64,000 nucleotides of DNA from Podospora anserina (Eukaryota), in contig CM030337.1 of assembly GCA_017654855.1 (NCBI GenBank), forward strand, positions 1,116,001-1,180,000, read 5' to 3'. The notes below the pieces were generated by a model. The model was given only the letters and a program-made list of their open reading frames with translations. It searched no databases and was not told the origin of the DNA. Position numbers and translations under genes: made by a program. Positions 22,692 through 35,080 of this stretch are shown here, piece by piece. Position 1 is the first letter of the stretch. Every line of letters begins with the position of its first letter.

Positions 22692-25371
22692 GTGATGGTG
22701 ATGGGTTGGGCATTGCTACGGGGCGTTTTTAGTGGTGGGGATTTTTATCTACTTTGTGTCAGAGGCAGGAGGAGAAAACAGGAGGGCGTTTGTGTCAGAG
22801 TAAGAGTTATGTTGGTTTGATCGCTGTAGGTCAGTGTGACTGGTGACGATACAATATAACCTTTTTTTCCCCTTTTCTCTTCGATATAACCATGACTTCA
22901 AAGTCCCGCTCCAACGCCCAGGTTTGGCTCCTCGGTCGGGTCGGTTGCAGATGTACTCCTCCTCCCCTCCTCCACCGCCCCTCCTACCACCTCTGATCTT
23001 CCGGATGTTGTGGAGGACTGTCTGTAAGGGTTGGCGGGAGAGTCGGACGTGTTTTGATTCTTGGGCGTCCTGCCATTGGGATATTTGGGAGGGGGTGGGG
23101 GGTTGGTATTCACCTATGTGGAAGCGGGAGAGAGAGGGTTGTGGTCATGATGGTTGATGCGCATGATGGCTGGAGGTTATCACGACGCAAGTAGGTGAGG
23201 CTCAGGTGAGGTTGGTGGGGAGATGCTCAGATGGTATTTGCAACATGGCACTTTTGACAGGTTTGGGGAAGCTGCTAGGTGGCAGTGAAGAGACGATTCT
23301 CCCATCTCAAAAAACACTTTGCTTCTGTGGAATATCGACGCCTCGCTTTCGAGAAGCAATGCTCACCTTTGACATGATGACGAGCATGATCATGGCATCA
23401 ATATTGACTCCCAGAAAGGAAGCTCTACCGCTCAGCTCGGGAGATGACGACTCTGATTGTATTGTGCAACGCCGCACAAGCAGCTCGGGGCGCGGGGGGG
23501 GGGTTATTTAAAGCATCCAGAACGGGAGAGGGCGTCGACGAGAATGCTTCAACGACAGCCGGAGGAACACGGTTGAGGAGGGAAAAACTTCGAGAACTTT
23601 GTTGTAGGACGACATCCTCAGCTGTCCCGGACGTCCCCAGGCGATGCGCATCGGCTGGCGGGAGAGGACATTGCCGTACGCAAATAAACGCAAACGAAGA
23701 CCGGTGTGTCTTCCTTTTCATACAGGGAACAAGACAAGCAGGGCAGTGTAGCAGCAGGAATCCGTACCTGCAGCCAGCTAAACAACATTCCCGTCGTCAG
23801 CACACATACATATCGCCGACCAACAAATGCGCCGAGATGCAGCCCATGTTAGCTCTCTCCCCGCCGCCACCCGACAGACAGCCTTGACTCGCCGTCACTC
23901 TCACCCTCGCAAAGATATCGCACTGCTCGGCGGTTAGAGAGAGTGAGGCATGCAGTGCCGTTGAAATGCGGGCGAGAAACAGCATGAGAAACAGCATGAG
24001 AAACAAAGCAGCAACAACGAGATCAAATCACCATCAAGAGATGCCGATCTCCCCCCTCCTCCCAACCCTGGCGCGTCTTGGGGGAGATCGTCACATCGAC
24101 AATCGACGCAGGCGAGGAACATCCTGGCAGATCGACGAGCAGGGGTTGGGGAGGCACGGAGGGGAGCCAGGGACCCTTGCGGCGGACGGACCCAAAAGAC
24201 GCAACCCACGATCCTCTCTCTGGGAAGACTCCGGAGATCGAGGTTTAGCTTGCCGAAAGAAGCAACGAGAGCCATGTGTCGAGGCCTGAAACCAGGCCAC
24301 GCTAAAAGACAAGAAGTGAAATCGAGTCTTCAGCAAAAGACTCTTTTTTTTCTGAAGAAAAACTGGTGACGACTGAAGATATGCATGATTCATGCTAATT
24401 TTCAGCCCGTCAATCTTCACCATCTTCACAGGGCAAACGGACCTGTGGTACCTGCCAATGTCTCATTTGCCGTCCGTCTTCAGCCACAGGCCATCGTTGG
24501 TCTCTCAAGTATCTATGTCGAGGATTGACTTCCAACAAGACCTGTCACTGTCATCCCAAAGGGACACAACTCCGGGGGATCAGACCTCTCTGCCGAGACG
24601 ACCCAACCACGCCGTCGACACGCAGGAGCAAACGCACGGTCTTTGAATGCTGCCTCGACTTGCTCGACAACACTGTTCGGACTCGTCCCAGAGGCCGCTA
24701 GAACAGTTTAGCCGCTTTGGCGCTGTTTTTTTCTTCCCATGCAAACGCAGAGAAACAACCCCTCCTCACCCTCCTCCTTCGAACAACGCCCCCCGTCCTG
24801 CCTTGCCCTGCAGATGCCGTGCCGTGCAGCTAGAAGACTGCTCGCCTCCAATGATAGGCTGCGAGACTTTTTGAATCCCCGCGGCGCGCAAACTTTTTGC
24901 TCTGGTCCTACGATGTGTGAGAGCCCATGGCTACACACGGGGGTGTTTGATGACTGAGTGTTATCTTCCTCTCACACTACGGAAGCGGCGTGTGGTACTG
25001 CCGGCACCCCCAGACAATGCTTTCTCGGTTCACATCCCAACCAGGTACTTGTGCTACCGAGCGTAGTCGTCATCTGCTAGCCCCCCCGCCGTTTGCCATC
25101 TCAATATATCCTACCACGACTCTAGCCTTGTCCCCGAGGTAGAGCTCAGCTGTTCCTCCCCTTTCTTTCCCCACCCCATGCTCCCAGGCGATCCTTTGAG
25201 TGCTGTCCACCTGATTCCTTGTGATTTTTCCATTCTATTCTGCTTCCCTCCTTTTCACTCTACATCTTTTTTTTTCTTTTTTCCTATCTTTTTTCTTTTT
25301 TTTTCTTTTTATTATTATTTTTTTTTGACCAAAGGTAGCCTGGGGACGAATGGGCTATCCTCTTTTCGAAT

Positions 25372-28137
25372 ATGGGCATCTTCAGCTTTCTCTCAAGAAA
25401 GTCTCATGACAAGCACAAGGCTGCTTCTCTAAGAGCACACGCCTATGACACGACAGCCGCTGGGACTGTCCCTGTTCAAGGTGAGCATATCAACAATATT
25501 GCTGCGGGTAGAGATCCAAGTGAGCTTACACATGTAGGAGCATACCCAGTAGCAGGCAATGGTCCCAATGTTTTCGATACGCTGTCTGGGGGACGACCAG
25601 ACTCTCGTCATGCACAGCTTTCGTCGACGGTGCCGGATAATCACAACGGAGCTGCGCCTGCCCCTGGGGTTCCTCGCTATCGAGACCCGACTACTGACCG
25701 ACCAAACACGGCTCCCAATGGGCAGCCAACGTTGCAACATGTGAGCTCCGGGACCAGGTTGAGGAAGGCCGCCAAGAAAGGTCCTCCCATCTCCTTCAAG
25801 ATGCTTCGAAGCGTTGGCTCTACCATCAGTGGCGACTCGCGACCAGGATCGAAGGGTTCCGAGTTCGAAACCAAGAGTACCTTGCGAGGGACCGTCAGCC
25901 ATTCACGCTCCAGTTCAATGCGTAGCGAAAGTGGCAGGTTCAGAGATATCCTCGACGCCCATTCCGAGCTCAAGCCTCCCGACTTTCGAGCCAGAGTCAA
26001 GGCTGCCGGTGCCAAGGACTATGGAGAGGACGTTGCCGAAAGGAACATGGGAGAAAATGGGTTTGATCTGGAGTCAGAGCATGTCAAGGCCTTCTACAAC
26101 AGCCATCCGAGCGCACCCCGGCCGAGAAGGTCAGCCCCTGCTCTCAACCCAAGAAGCTCGAGGCACACGATTCGGGAGGCACAGAATGGTCAACAACCAC
26201 CACAAAGGCCGATGGCCCCCCCACCTGCTTCCATCGCCCCGTCTCAGCGCTCTCTGCCCCAAGCACTGCCGGGCCAGACGCCCCGACACAAGCCCGCCGA
26301 GACCGCCCTGTACGCTGACATGAAAACCACGGGCGGCGGACACCTGAAGCGACGGGTATCAGTCAACACCTACATGCCTCCAGCTTCCTTCCAGAACACC
26401 AGCGCCGTCTCCTTGAGCAAGGTGCACGGCTCAGAGATCAACACCATCGACCTGGACATTCTGAAGCCGCCGATTGTGATGGGCGCTCCAAGGACAAGCG
26501 GGGAGACCCCGCGGACGGCGAGGATACCGCGGGATTCGGTGATGCTCGCGAGGAGGAAGGTGTCGATACCGGGCCACCTCGCTCGGCGTGACAGCTCTTC
26601 CCCAGAAAGGACGTTTTCTCTCCGGTCAGCTACCACCCGACCCCAGCACCACCACCAGCGTGCCTCAATGAGTAGTTCAGCCAGCGCATCGTTTTCCCCC
26701 CGCCACCGTCACAGTTTACACACGTTGCACTCGTCTATTTCTTCGTCTGGTGTTCAGAGCTGGGATGGCAGCACGTTTCTTCAGGAAACAACAACAACAA
26801 CAACAACAACAACACCGCTGGCTTACCCGCGTCGTCTTCACACTGCTACTCAACCCTTTCAGCCACCGTCCGTGTCTGAGGTTGATGTTGACGCTGTGGA
26901 TGATTGGGTGGAATTTTGTTCTTGTTAGTGATTTTTTTCTTCTTCTTTTTTCTCATTTTTTTCTTCTTTTTTTCCTTATTTCGACACTCACCCATTTTTT
27001 TGCTCAGCGATCATGTGCTAACTTTGCGTGTTCTCTCTTCTAGCCCACAAGACAGCTTCTACAACCCCTAAACCTACCGCTTCCCCATTGGCAAACCTGG
27101 GGTTTCGTCGTCCCCTCTCCATGATGGGAAGCACACCGCCACCGCCGCCCCTGAACCCCCCCGCCCGACCGGCAACCGCTGTACCGTTTGAGATCCCTGA
27201 ACATCACGTCCCGATTCGCACGAGGAGTTTGAGAGGTTACTCGGCCTCGTCCGGGACACCGACCACGCACACCGTCACGGTTAGATCCTCCTCCAGTCCT
27301 GGACGTCCGCAGTCACGAACGACGGTCACGTCTGCGTCTGTGGATGATGACAGTCTGGCGCCCGAGGCGGTCAAGCTTGCTGGGGGGGAGGATGATGATG
27401 GGTTTAATATGGATGATCACATTTCTTCGGATGAGGTCGATAGCGTTCTCGGGGGTGGGGGGAAACAGCCGAGCGGGGAGGGGGAGGAGGAGCTGCTCTG
27501 GAAGGAGGAGGGGTATGGGGGTGGGGGGTTGATGTTGCCGGGGTTGTGGGAGGTTTTTCCGGAGGCGAAGGTAAAGGGGAGTTATGATGGGATTGGGGAT
27601 AGTTTTGGGCCTAGGGGCGGGAGGAGGAGGAGGAGGAGGAGGAGGTATGTGATTGATACGGGGGTTGAGTATGGGAGTAGTGGTGATGAGGGAGAGGGGT
27701 TTGGGGAGGAGAGGAGGGAGGAGGAGGAGGAGGAGGAGGAGGAGATGGTGAGGGGGAGGGGGGTGGTTGTTGGAAGGGTGAGGGGCAGGGGAAGGAGAAG
27801 GGGGAAATTGGAGGGGATTTATGGAGAAAAGGAGGGGAGTGATGCTGATGATGAGGAGGGGACGCCGAGGGGGAGGAGGGCGTCGGTGGGGAGTTATTAC
27901 ATGGAGTTGAGGGAGAAGGTTGGGGTGGGGGTTATTGAGGAGGAGAAGGAGGCGATGGGCAAAGTGGATGCGGCTGCTGCGGTTAGGATGAGGAAGCAGG
28001 TCAAGTGTGCGGAGAGGGCGGCTGGTGGGGGGAGGGTTAGGCTGCGAACGGGAGGGGAGGGGGCGGCGAATATTGGGGTCAGGAGGAACAAGTCGGTGCC
28101 GGTGTTGTGTGTTGAAGGGGAGGAGTACAGGGGGTGA
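25372..28137 (+). CDS. Uncharacterised low-complexity fungal protein
   Basis: Two long ORFs joined by a phase-1 intron 26924-27043 (GTTAGT...GCTAAC...TAG) with consistent frames; probable in-frame intron 25481-25537. One conserved-looking block (FRDILDAHSELKPPDFRARVKAAGAKDYGEDVAERN); acidic/Gly/Arg-rich C-terminus. Confidence 0.75.
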
Positions 28138-29098
28138 ATTTGTGTTTCTGGTAGGCTTTGGTGTTTTGGATTTTGGTGCGAATAGGTCGGCACTGTTTGG
28201 GTTTTGCTGTTTGTTTTGGATTTCGGACACTCATTGCTAGGGAGTTGTTGGGTTTTCTTTTGTTTCCTCGAGGGGGCGGTTAATACTCTCTGAATGAATG
28301 GAGGCAGGAGGACCTCACGGGAGGAAGACTGGCGAGCGGACAAATGGCATCGAGATACCACGGCAGCAACAACGACATTGACGGGACATTATCATCTTTC
28401 TTACGGAATGGGACACAAAATGGCAGCACAACAACATATGACGGCGGCAAGGTAAAGGCTAGTAGGCCAGGAAAAGGGGGAAGGCATTGGCTTACTTACA
28501 TCTATCTGTCTGGCTTTGGCATGCATTGGGTACATAGATTGGGTGTTTTCTTGGTGGGAATCACATTTGGATATATTTAAGGGGTGATAATGTATGGGAT
28601 GGGAATCCAAAATGATAAACACATTTTTGCACCTCTGAATTGTGCTCGAGTTATTCTAGACATGACTACGTACGGGCTGCGAGATGGGGGAAAGGGAGGG
28701 TTAGGGTTAAGCACCTATGAATCACAAGCAGCCGTGAGCCGCAAACCCATTCTCCGGGCTGACTCAAACGGGCAAGCTTGGCCGAGCTTGATTTGTGAGG
28801 GGCAACTTATCAACGCTTAAACTCACTTCGTTGGGGGAAGGATTATCTGCGATTCTCCCGCCGTTGAAGAGCTCAGAGGGTTTCATCGCATCGGCAAAAA
28901 TAAACGGTCTGAAAACAAAGGGCATAAACAACAGCTCGACCTCTGGCCATTCCTTGACGACACAGCAGTAGCTCATCAGCCTGAGCCCACTATTCACAAC
29001 CTCACCACTTGATTACCTACCTACCTACCTTTGAGCCATCAACACCAGTATCATTCATTCCCACGGCACACAAATCCCAGGAATCTCACACGGCAAAA

Positions 29099-32000
29099 AT
29101 GACGACTCCATCCCTCAGCTTAGAAGAATGGCGCGCCCAGGTCTCAGCCATGAAATCAGCCGTCGCCTCGGCCACCCTCAAACCATCACCCCCGACGAAC
29201 AGCGACAACGAAGGCGACTGGACAGACGACGAGATTGAGCCCCGGCACCCCAGAAACGGGGACATCTGGGACTTTATCTCGGACGACGACGACGACGACC
29301 TCCTCTCCGACAGTGATGACTCTGAGGACATCTCCAGCGGTGGTGACGACCAGTTCAGCGGCCGGCCTTCCAGTTCGGAAACGGTTTACGACCTGAACTG
29401 GTTGGCGGCGAAATGCCAAAACCACCCCTCCGGTCTTGACGCCCAAGCATTAGAGGGGCAGATTCTGGAAATTTTGACAGCGGGAAAGAGGTCGGAAGAG
29501 GAGGTGCAAAGCCAACTGACTGACCTGATCGGTTTTGACGACTTGGACTTTGTGGTCGAGTTGTCTCTGCACAGGGGCGAGGTTGTTGCCGCTGCTGCCT
29601 CAGAGAGGTCTGGCACCCGGTTGCTGACAAAAGCTCAGAGGCAGGAGCAGTTACGGGAAAGGGATCGGTTGCACAAGGGCCGAAAGTTGCAACAGGCACG
29701 GGAAAAGGAGGAGGAGTATCCCCACGTTTACAAACAATACCATGGTGGAAACACGCTGTCGCACAGCGGGCACAAGTACAAGCTCCCGCCCAACAGTCAG
29801 AGGTTGGAGTTTGAAAAGCACGAGGAGTATGTCATCCCCGCGGGGCGGGCGGGGACGCTGTGGCCGGGGCACAGGCTTGTCAGCATCAAGGAGCTGGATG
29901 GGCTTTGCCGGGGGACGTTTAGGGGGTATGAGAGTCTGAATCGGATGCAGAGCTTAGTTTACCCGGTTGCGTACAAGACGGGGGAGAACATGCTGATCTG
30001 TGCGCCGACGGGGGCGGGAAAGACAGATGCTGCGATGTTGACTGTGCTGCAGACGGTGGGGCAGTATCTGACGCCGAGTCCTGGGGAGGTTCATGACGCG
30101 AGCGAGTTTGGGGTTGATCTGGCAGAGTTCAAGATTGTGTATGTCGCGCCGATGAAGGCGCTGGCGGCCGAGATTACGGAGAAGTTGGGGAAGAGGTTGG
30201 CTTGGTTGGGGGTCAGGGTGAGGGAGTACACGGGTGATATGCACCTGACGAAGAGGGAGGTGGTGGAGACGCAGGTTATTGTTACGACGCCGGAGAAGTG
30301 GGACGTGGTTACACGAAAAGGGACGGGGGATACCGAGTTGGTGCAGAAGGTCAGGTTGTTGATCATTGATGAGGTGCATATGCTTCATGATGAGAGGGGT
30401 GCGGTGTTGGAGAGTCTGGTGGCGAGGACGCAGAGGCAGGTGGAGAGCACGCAGAGCTTGATTCGTATTGTTGGATTGAGTGCCACGCTGCCGAATTATG
30501 TGGACGTGGCCGACTTTTTGGGCGTGAACAAGCAGAGGGGGTTGTTTTATTTTGATTCGAGCTTCAGGCCGGTGCCGTTGGAGCAGCACTTTTTGGGCGT
30601 GAAGGGGAAGGCGGGGACGAGGCAGTCGAGAGACAACATTGACGAGGTGGCGTTTGAGAAGGTGAGGGAGATGCTGGAAGAGGGGCATCAGGTCATGGTC
30701 TTTGTCCATTCGAGGAGGGACACGCAGGCGACGGCCAAGATGCTGTATGAGAAGGCTACGGATCAGGCTTGTGTCGGGTTGTTTGATCCGAGTGGGAGTG
30801 AGAAGTTTGAGGCGGCGATGAGGGATGTGAAGCAGACGAAGGCGAGGGAGATTAGAGACTTGGTGCCAAAGGGGCTGGGCATTCACCATGCGGGTATGGC
30901 GAGGTCGGACCGGAACTTGATGGAGAGGTTGTTTGGGGAGGGTGTGATCAAGGTCTTGTGCTGTACGGCAACGTTGGCGTGGGGCGTCAACCTGCCGGCG
31001 GCGGCGGTTGTCATCAAGGGGACCCAAGTCTACAGTGCCCAGGAGGGCAAGTTTGTGGACCTGGGCATTCTGGATGTGCTGCAAATCTTTGGTCGTGCTG
31101 GTCGTCCCCAGTTTGAGGATACTGGTATTGGCATGATCTGCACGACGCACGACAGGCTGGCTCATTACCTCACTGCCGTGACCGACCAGCTACCGATCGA
31201 GTCCAAGTTCTCGGCCAAGTTGGTGGACAACTTGAACGCTGAGATAGCGCTGGGCACCGTCACCTCGATCAACGATGCCGTCAAGTGGATCGGTTACTCG
31301 TATCTGTTTGTGCGGATGAGGAGGAACCCGATGGCCTATGGTATCGACTGGTCCGAGTACAGCGACGACCCTCAACTGGTCCAAAGACGACGCAAGCTGG
31401 CCATTCAAGCTGCCCGGACGCTTCGGCAGAGTCAGATGATCATCTTCAACGAGACGACCGAGGAGCTGCGCAGCAAGGACATCGGCCGTATTGCCAGCCA
31501 ATACTACATTCAACACACCAGCATCCAAATCTTCAACTCGCTGATGAAGTGGGACTCGGCCGAGAAGGACATCCTCATGATGATTGCCATGTCTGGCGAG
31601 TTTGACAACATTCAGTCGAGAAACAACGAGGCCGACGAGCTGTCGCGGATGAAGGCGAACCAGCACTTTATCCCGTACGAGATCAAGGGCGGCATTGACA
31701 CACCGCAGACAAAGACCAATATCCTGCTGCAGGCATACATCTCAAGGCTCCAGCCAGAGGACTTTGCGCTGACAAACGACTTGAATTATGTTGCTCAGCA
31801 GGCCGGCCGTATCTGCCGGGCTCTGTTCATGATTGCGCTGAACAGGAGATGGGGGTACCAGTGCTTGGTTCTGTTGACCATGGCCAAGTCGATTGAGAAG
31901 CGGATTTGGGCTTTCCAGCATCCGTTCCACCAGTTCGATCTCCCCAAGCCGGTTCTGAACAGCCTGGACGCGAAGGAGGCTTTGTCGATTGAGTCGATGC

Positions 32001-35000
32001 GCGAGATGGAGCCGGCCGAGATTGGGAATCTGGTCAATAACTTCAAGACGGGCCACAAGATTGCCAAGTTGCTTGACAACTTCCCCACCTTGAGCATCGA
32101 GGCCGAGATTGCGCCCTTGAACCGGGATGTCTTGAGAATCAGGCTGTTTGTCACTCCTGATTTCCGCTGGAATGATTACCTTCATGGGACCTCGGAGTCG
32201 TACTACATCTGGGTTGAGAACTCGGAGACGTCTGAGATCTATCATCATGAGTTCTTCATCCTTAGTAGGAGGAGGTTGCATGATGATCATGAGCTCAACT
32301 TTACGATTCCGCTGAGCGATCCGCTGCCGAATCAGATTTACGTCAGGGCGGTGTCTGACCGATGGCTTGGTGCTGAGACGGTCACTGCTGTTTCTTTCCA
32401 GCATCTCATCAGGCCGGACACCGAGAGCGTGTACACGGATCTCCTGAACCTTCAGCCTCTGCCTGTTTCGGCTCTCAAGAACCCGGCCCTGGAGGAGCTG
32501 TACGCCCAGCGCTTCCGGTACTTCAACCCCATGCAGACGCAGTTGTTCCACACGCTGTACCACCGACCAGTCAACGTTCTGCTGGGTTCGCCAACAGGCA
32601 GCGGCAAGACTGTGGCTGCCGAACTGGCCATGTGGTGGGCTTTCCGGGAGCATCCTGGGTCAAAGGTGGTTTACATCGCTCCCATGAAGGCCCTCGTCCG
32701 CGAGCGTGTCAAGGACTGGGGCGACCGCCTTGCCAAACCATTGGGGCTGAGGCTGGTAGAGTTGACGGGTGACAATACTCCCGACACCCGGACCATTCAA
32801 GACGCTGATATCATCATCACCACTCCCGAGAAGTGGGATGGCATCTCGCGTAGTTGGCAGACGAGAGGATACGTCCGCAAGGTTAGTCTGGTCGTTATTG
32901 ACGAGATTCATCTGCTGGCTGGTGACCGTGGTCCTATTTTGGAGATTATCGTGTCGCGCATGAACTACATCGCTGCGTCGACAAAGAATGCCGTCAGGCT
33001 GTTGGGCATGTCGACTGCTTGCGCCAATGCGACTGACTTGGGGAACTGGCTAGGTGTGAAAGGGGAGGAGGGGCTGTTCAACTTTAGGCACTCGGTTCGT
33101 CCAGTGCCGCTGGAGTTGTATATCGATGGGTTCCCAGAGGTTAGAGGCTTCTGTCCGCTGATGCAGTCTATGAACCGGCCTACTTTCCTGGCTATCTTGA
33201 ATCATAGTCCGGAGAAGCCCGTTATCGTCTTTGTGCCGTCCCGTCGGCAGACGAGGTTGACGGCCAAGGATCTGATCAATCTGTGCGGTATGGAGGATAA
33301 CCCGAGACGGTTCTTGAGCATGGACGAAGATGACTTGCAGGGTATCTTGTCTCGGGTCAAGGACGAGGCTCTCAAGGAGGCCATCAGCTTTGGAATTGGT
33401 CTGCATCATGCCGGTCTGGTCGAGGGTGACAGGCAGATCGCCGAGGAGCTGTTCCTCAACAACAAGATCCAGATCTTGATCGCGACGAGCACGCTGGCTT
33501 GGGGTGTCAACTTGCCAGCTCACTTGGTCGTGGTCAAGGGAACGCAGTTCTACGACGCCAAGATTGAGGCGTACAAGGACATGGACTTGACGGATGTGCT
33601 GCAGATGTTGGGTCGTGCTGGTCGCCCGCAGTTCGACAGCTCTGGTGTTGCTCGCATCTTTACGCAAGACTCCAAGAAGGACTTTTACAAGCACTTCTTG
33701 CACACCGGCTTCCCGGTTGAGTCGTCGCTGCACACGGTGCTGGACAACCATTTGTGTGCTGAGATTTGCGCCGAGACGATCATCACCAAGCAGGATGCGT
33801 TGGACTACCTGACGTGGACGTTTTTCTTCAGACGCTTGCACAAGAATCCGTCGTATTATGGGCTGGAGATCTCTGCCGAGGAGCACAACACCACTACGGC
33901 TCAGCAGCTGGCCAACGAGTTTATGATCTCCATGGTGGACTCTTCGCTCCATGAGCTGACAGTGTCAAAGTGCGTGGAGGTTTACCCCAACGGGGATGTC
34001 GACCCTACACCCCTAGGCAAGATCATGTCCTACTACTACCTCTCCCACAAAACCATCCGCCAGCTCGTCAAGAAAGCCAAACCCCAAGCCGCCTTCATCG
34101 ACGTCCTGTCATGGATGTCCATCGCGACCGAATACGACGAACTCCCCGTCCGGCACAACGAAGACCTCATCAACGCCGAGCTATCCAAGAACCTCCCCTT
34201 CCCAGGGACAGCCTTCGGTCTGCCCATGTGGGATCCCCATGTCAAGGCTTTTTTGCTGTTGCAAGCTCACATGTCGGGGATTACGCTGCCGATTACCGAT
34301 TACGTCGGTGATCAGACTTCGGTATTGGATCAGTCAGTTCGTATCATCCAAGCCGGCATCGACGTCATGGCCGAACTGGGTTATCTCTCCTCTCTCAAAT
34401 CGTTTGCTTCCCTCCTCCAGGCAGTAAAGGGTGGCATCTGGCCTGACGAGGACCCCGTCTCCTTGCTGCCGGGAGTCTCCCTCCCTGCAAACAACAAGCG
34501 CAAACCCACGCTGTTGCGGGACATCGCGAGGATGTCCCGCAACCAGAACCAACTCGATCGTCTTGCTCGCGAGCTTCACGTCCCGAGTTCTGCAATCGCC
34601 AAGTTCAAAAAAGCCGCGGCTTGCCTGCCTGATGTGAATGTCAGTGTCGACGATGTGAGAAACACGTCTTTGACCGTCACCTTGAGGCGTCAGAACCCCA
34701 TCACGGAAAGGGAGGGGAGGATCTACGCGCCAAAGTATCCCAAGCCACAGACAGAGGGGTATTTTGTTATTGTTGGGGATTTGGCCACGGACGAGGTGGT
34801 GGCTGTCAAGAGGGTGGGTTGGAGTGGACGGCAGGCTAGAGACAAAAATGGGAAGAGAAACCCCGTTGAGATTGGGGACAGGCCGACGGCGAGAGCGGTG
34901 ATCAAGTTGCCTGATTGGGAGGACAAGAGGAGGTATGATGTTTTGGTGGTGAGTGATGGGTATGTGGGTGTGGAGTGGGGGGTTAAGGCTGATGTGCCGG

Positions 35001-35080
35001 GGAAGCCGGTGGTGGATGTCGATGTCGGGGGGAAGGAGAAAGGGAAGATGCCTCAGGGGCAGGAAGGGGAGATGAGTTGA
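29099..35080 (+). CDS. SLH1: Ski2-like tandem DExH helicase Slh1/ASCC3 (ribosome quality-control trigger helicase)
   Basis: First ATG at 29099. Two helicase cassettes (APTGAGKT/DEVH/QIFGRAGRPQF and SPTGSGKT/DEIH/QMLGRAGRPQF), each followed by a Sec63 region. The intact second Walker A favours Slh1/ASCC3 over Brr2. Confidence 0.92.
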   Translation: MTTPSLSLEEWRAQVSAMKSAVASATLKPSPPTNSDNEGDWTDDEIEPRHPRNGDIWDFISDDDDDDLLSDSDDSEDISSGGDDQFSGRPSSSETVYDLNWLAAKCQNHPSGLDAQALEGQILEILTAGKRSEEEVQSQLTDLIGFDDLDFVVELSLHRGEVVAAAASERSGTRLLTKAQRQEQLRERDRLHKGRKLQQAREKEEEYPHVYKQYHGGNTLSHSGHKYKLPPNSQRLEFEKHEEYVIPAGRAGTLWPGHRLVSIKELDGLCRGTFRGYESLNRMQSLVYPVAYKTGENMLICAPTGAGKTDAAMLTVLQTVGQYLTPSPGEVHDASEFGVDLAEFKIVYVAPMKALAAEITEKLGKRLAWLGVRVREYTGDMHLTKREVVETQVIVTTPEKWDVVTRKGTGDTELVQKVRLLIIDEVHMLHDERGAVLESLVARTQRQVESTQSLIRIVGLSATLPNYVDVADFLGVNKQRGLFYFDSSFRPVPLEQHFLGVKGKAGTRQSRDNIDEVAFEKVREMLEEGHQVMVFVHSRRDTQATAKMLYEKATDQACVGLFDPSGSEKFEAAMRDVKQTKAREIRDLVPKGLGIHHAGMARSDRNLMERLFGEGVIKVLCCTATLAWGVNLPAAAVVIKGTQVYSAQEGKFVDLGILDVLQIFGRAGRPQFEDTGIGMICTTHDRLAHYLTAVTDQLPIESKFSAKLVDNLNAEIALGTVTSINDAVKWIGYSYLFVRMRRNPMAYGIDWSEYSDDPQLVQRRRKLAIQAARTLRQSQMIIFNETTEELRSKDIGRIASQYYIQHTSIQIFNSLMKWDSAEKDILMMIAMSGEFDNIQSRNNEADELSRMKANQHFIPYEIKGGIDTPQTKTNILLQAYISRLQPEDFALTNDLNYVAQQAGRICRALFMIALNRRWGYQCLVLLTMAKSIEKRIWAFQHPFHQFDLPKPVLNSLDAKEALSIESMREMEPAEIGNLVNNFKTGHKIAKLLDNFPTLSIEAEIAPLNRDVLRIRLFVTPDFRWNDYLHGTSESYYIWVENSETSEIYHHEFFILSRRRLHDDHELNFTIPLSDPLPNQIYVRAVSDRWLGAETVTAVSFQHLIRPDTESVYTDLLNLQPLPVSALKNPALEELYAQRFRYFNPMQTQLFHTLYHRPVNVLLGSPTGSGKTVAAELAMWWAFREHPGSKVVYIAPMKALVRERVKDWGDRLAKPLGLRLVELTGDNTPDTRTIQDADIIITTPEKWDGISRSWQTRGYVRKVSLVVIDEIHLLAGDRGPILEIIVSRMNYIAASTKNAVRLLGMSTACANATDLGNWLGVKGEEGLFNFRHSVRPVPLELYIDGFPEVRGFCPLMQSMNRPTFLAILNHSPEKPVIVFVPSRRQTRLTAKDLINLCGMEDNPRRFLSMDEDDLQGILSRVKDEALKEAISFGIGLHHAGLVEGDRQIAEELFLNNKIQILIATSTLAWGVNLPAHLVVVKGTQFYDAKIEAYKDMDLTDVLQMLGRAGRPQFDSSGVARIFTQDSKKDFYKHFLHTGFPVESSLHTVLDNHLCAEICAETIITKQDALDYLTWTFFFRRLHKNPSYYGLEISAEEHNTTTAQQLANEFMISMVDSSLHELTVSKCVEVYPNGDVDPTPLGKIMSYYYLSHKTIRQLVKKAKPQAAFIDVLSWMSIATEYDELPVRHNEDLINAELSKNLPFPGTAFGLPMWDPHVKAFLLLQAHMSGITLPITDYVGDQTSVLDQSVRIIQAGIDVMAELGYLSSLKSFASLLQAVKGGIWPDEDPVSLLPGVSLPANNKRKPTLLRDIARMSRNQNQLDRLARELHVPSSAIAKFKKAAACLPDVNVSVDDVRNTSLTVTLRRQNPITEREGRIYAPKYPKPQTEGYFVIVGDLATDEVVAVKRVGWSGRQARDKNGKRNPVEIGDRPTARAVIKLPDWEDKRRYDVLVVSDGYVGVEWGVKADVPGKPVVDVDVGGKEKGKMPQGQEGEMS

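Noticed and set aside
23206-25370. Short ORFs and a 12-mer repeat (AGAAACAGCATG, ~23975-24006) upstream of the 25372 gene
   Set aside because: No coding signature; two to three copies of a short repeat is unremarkable.
28698-28711. GGGTTAGGGTTAAG as an interstitial telomere
   Set aside because: Fewer than two full repeats; expected by chance.
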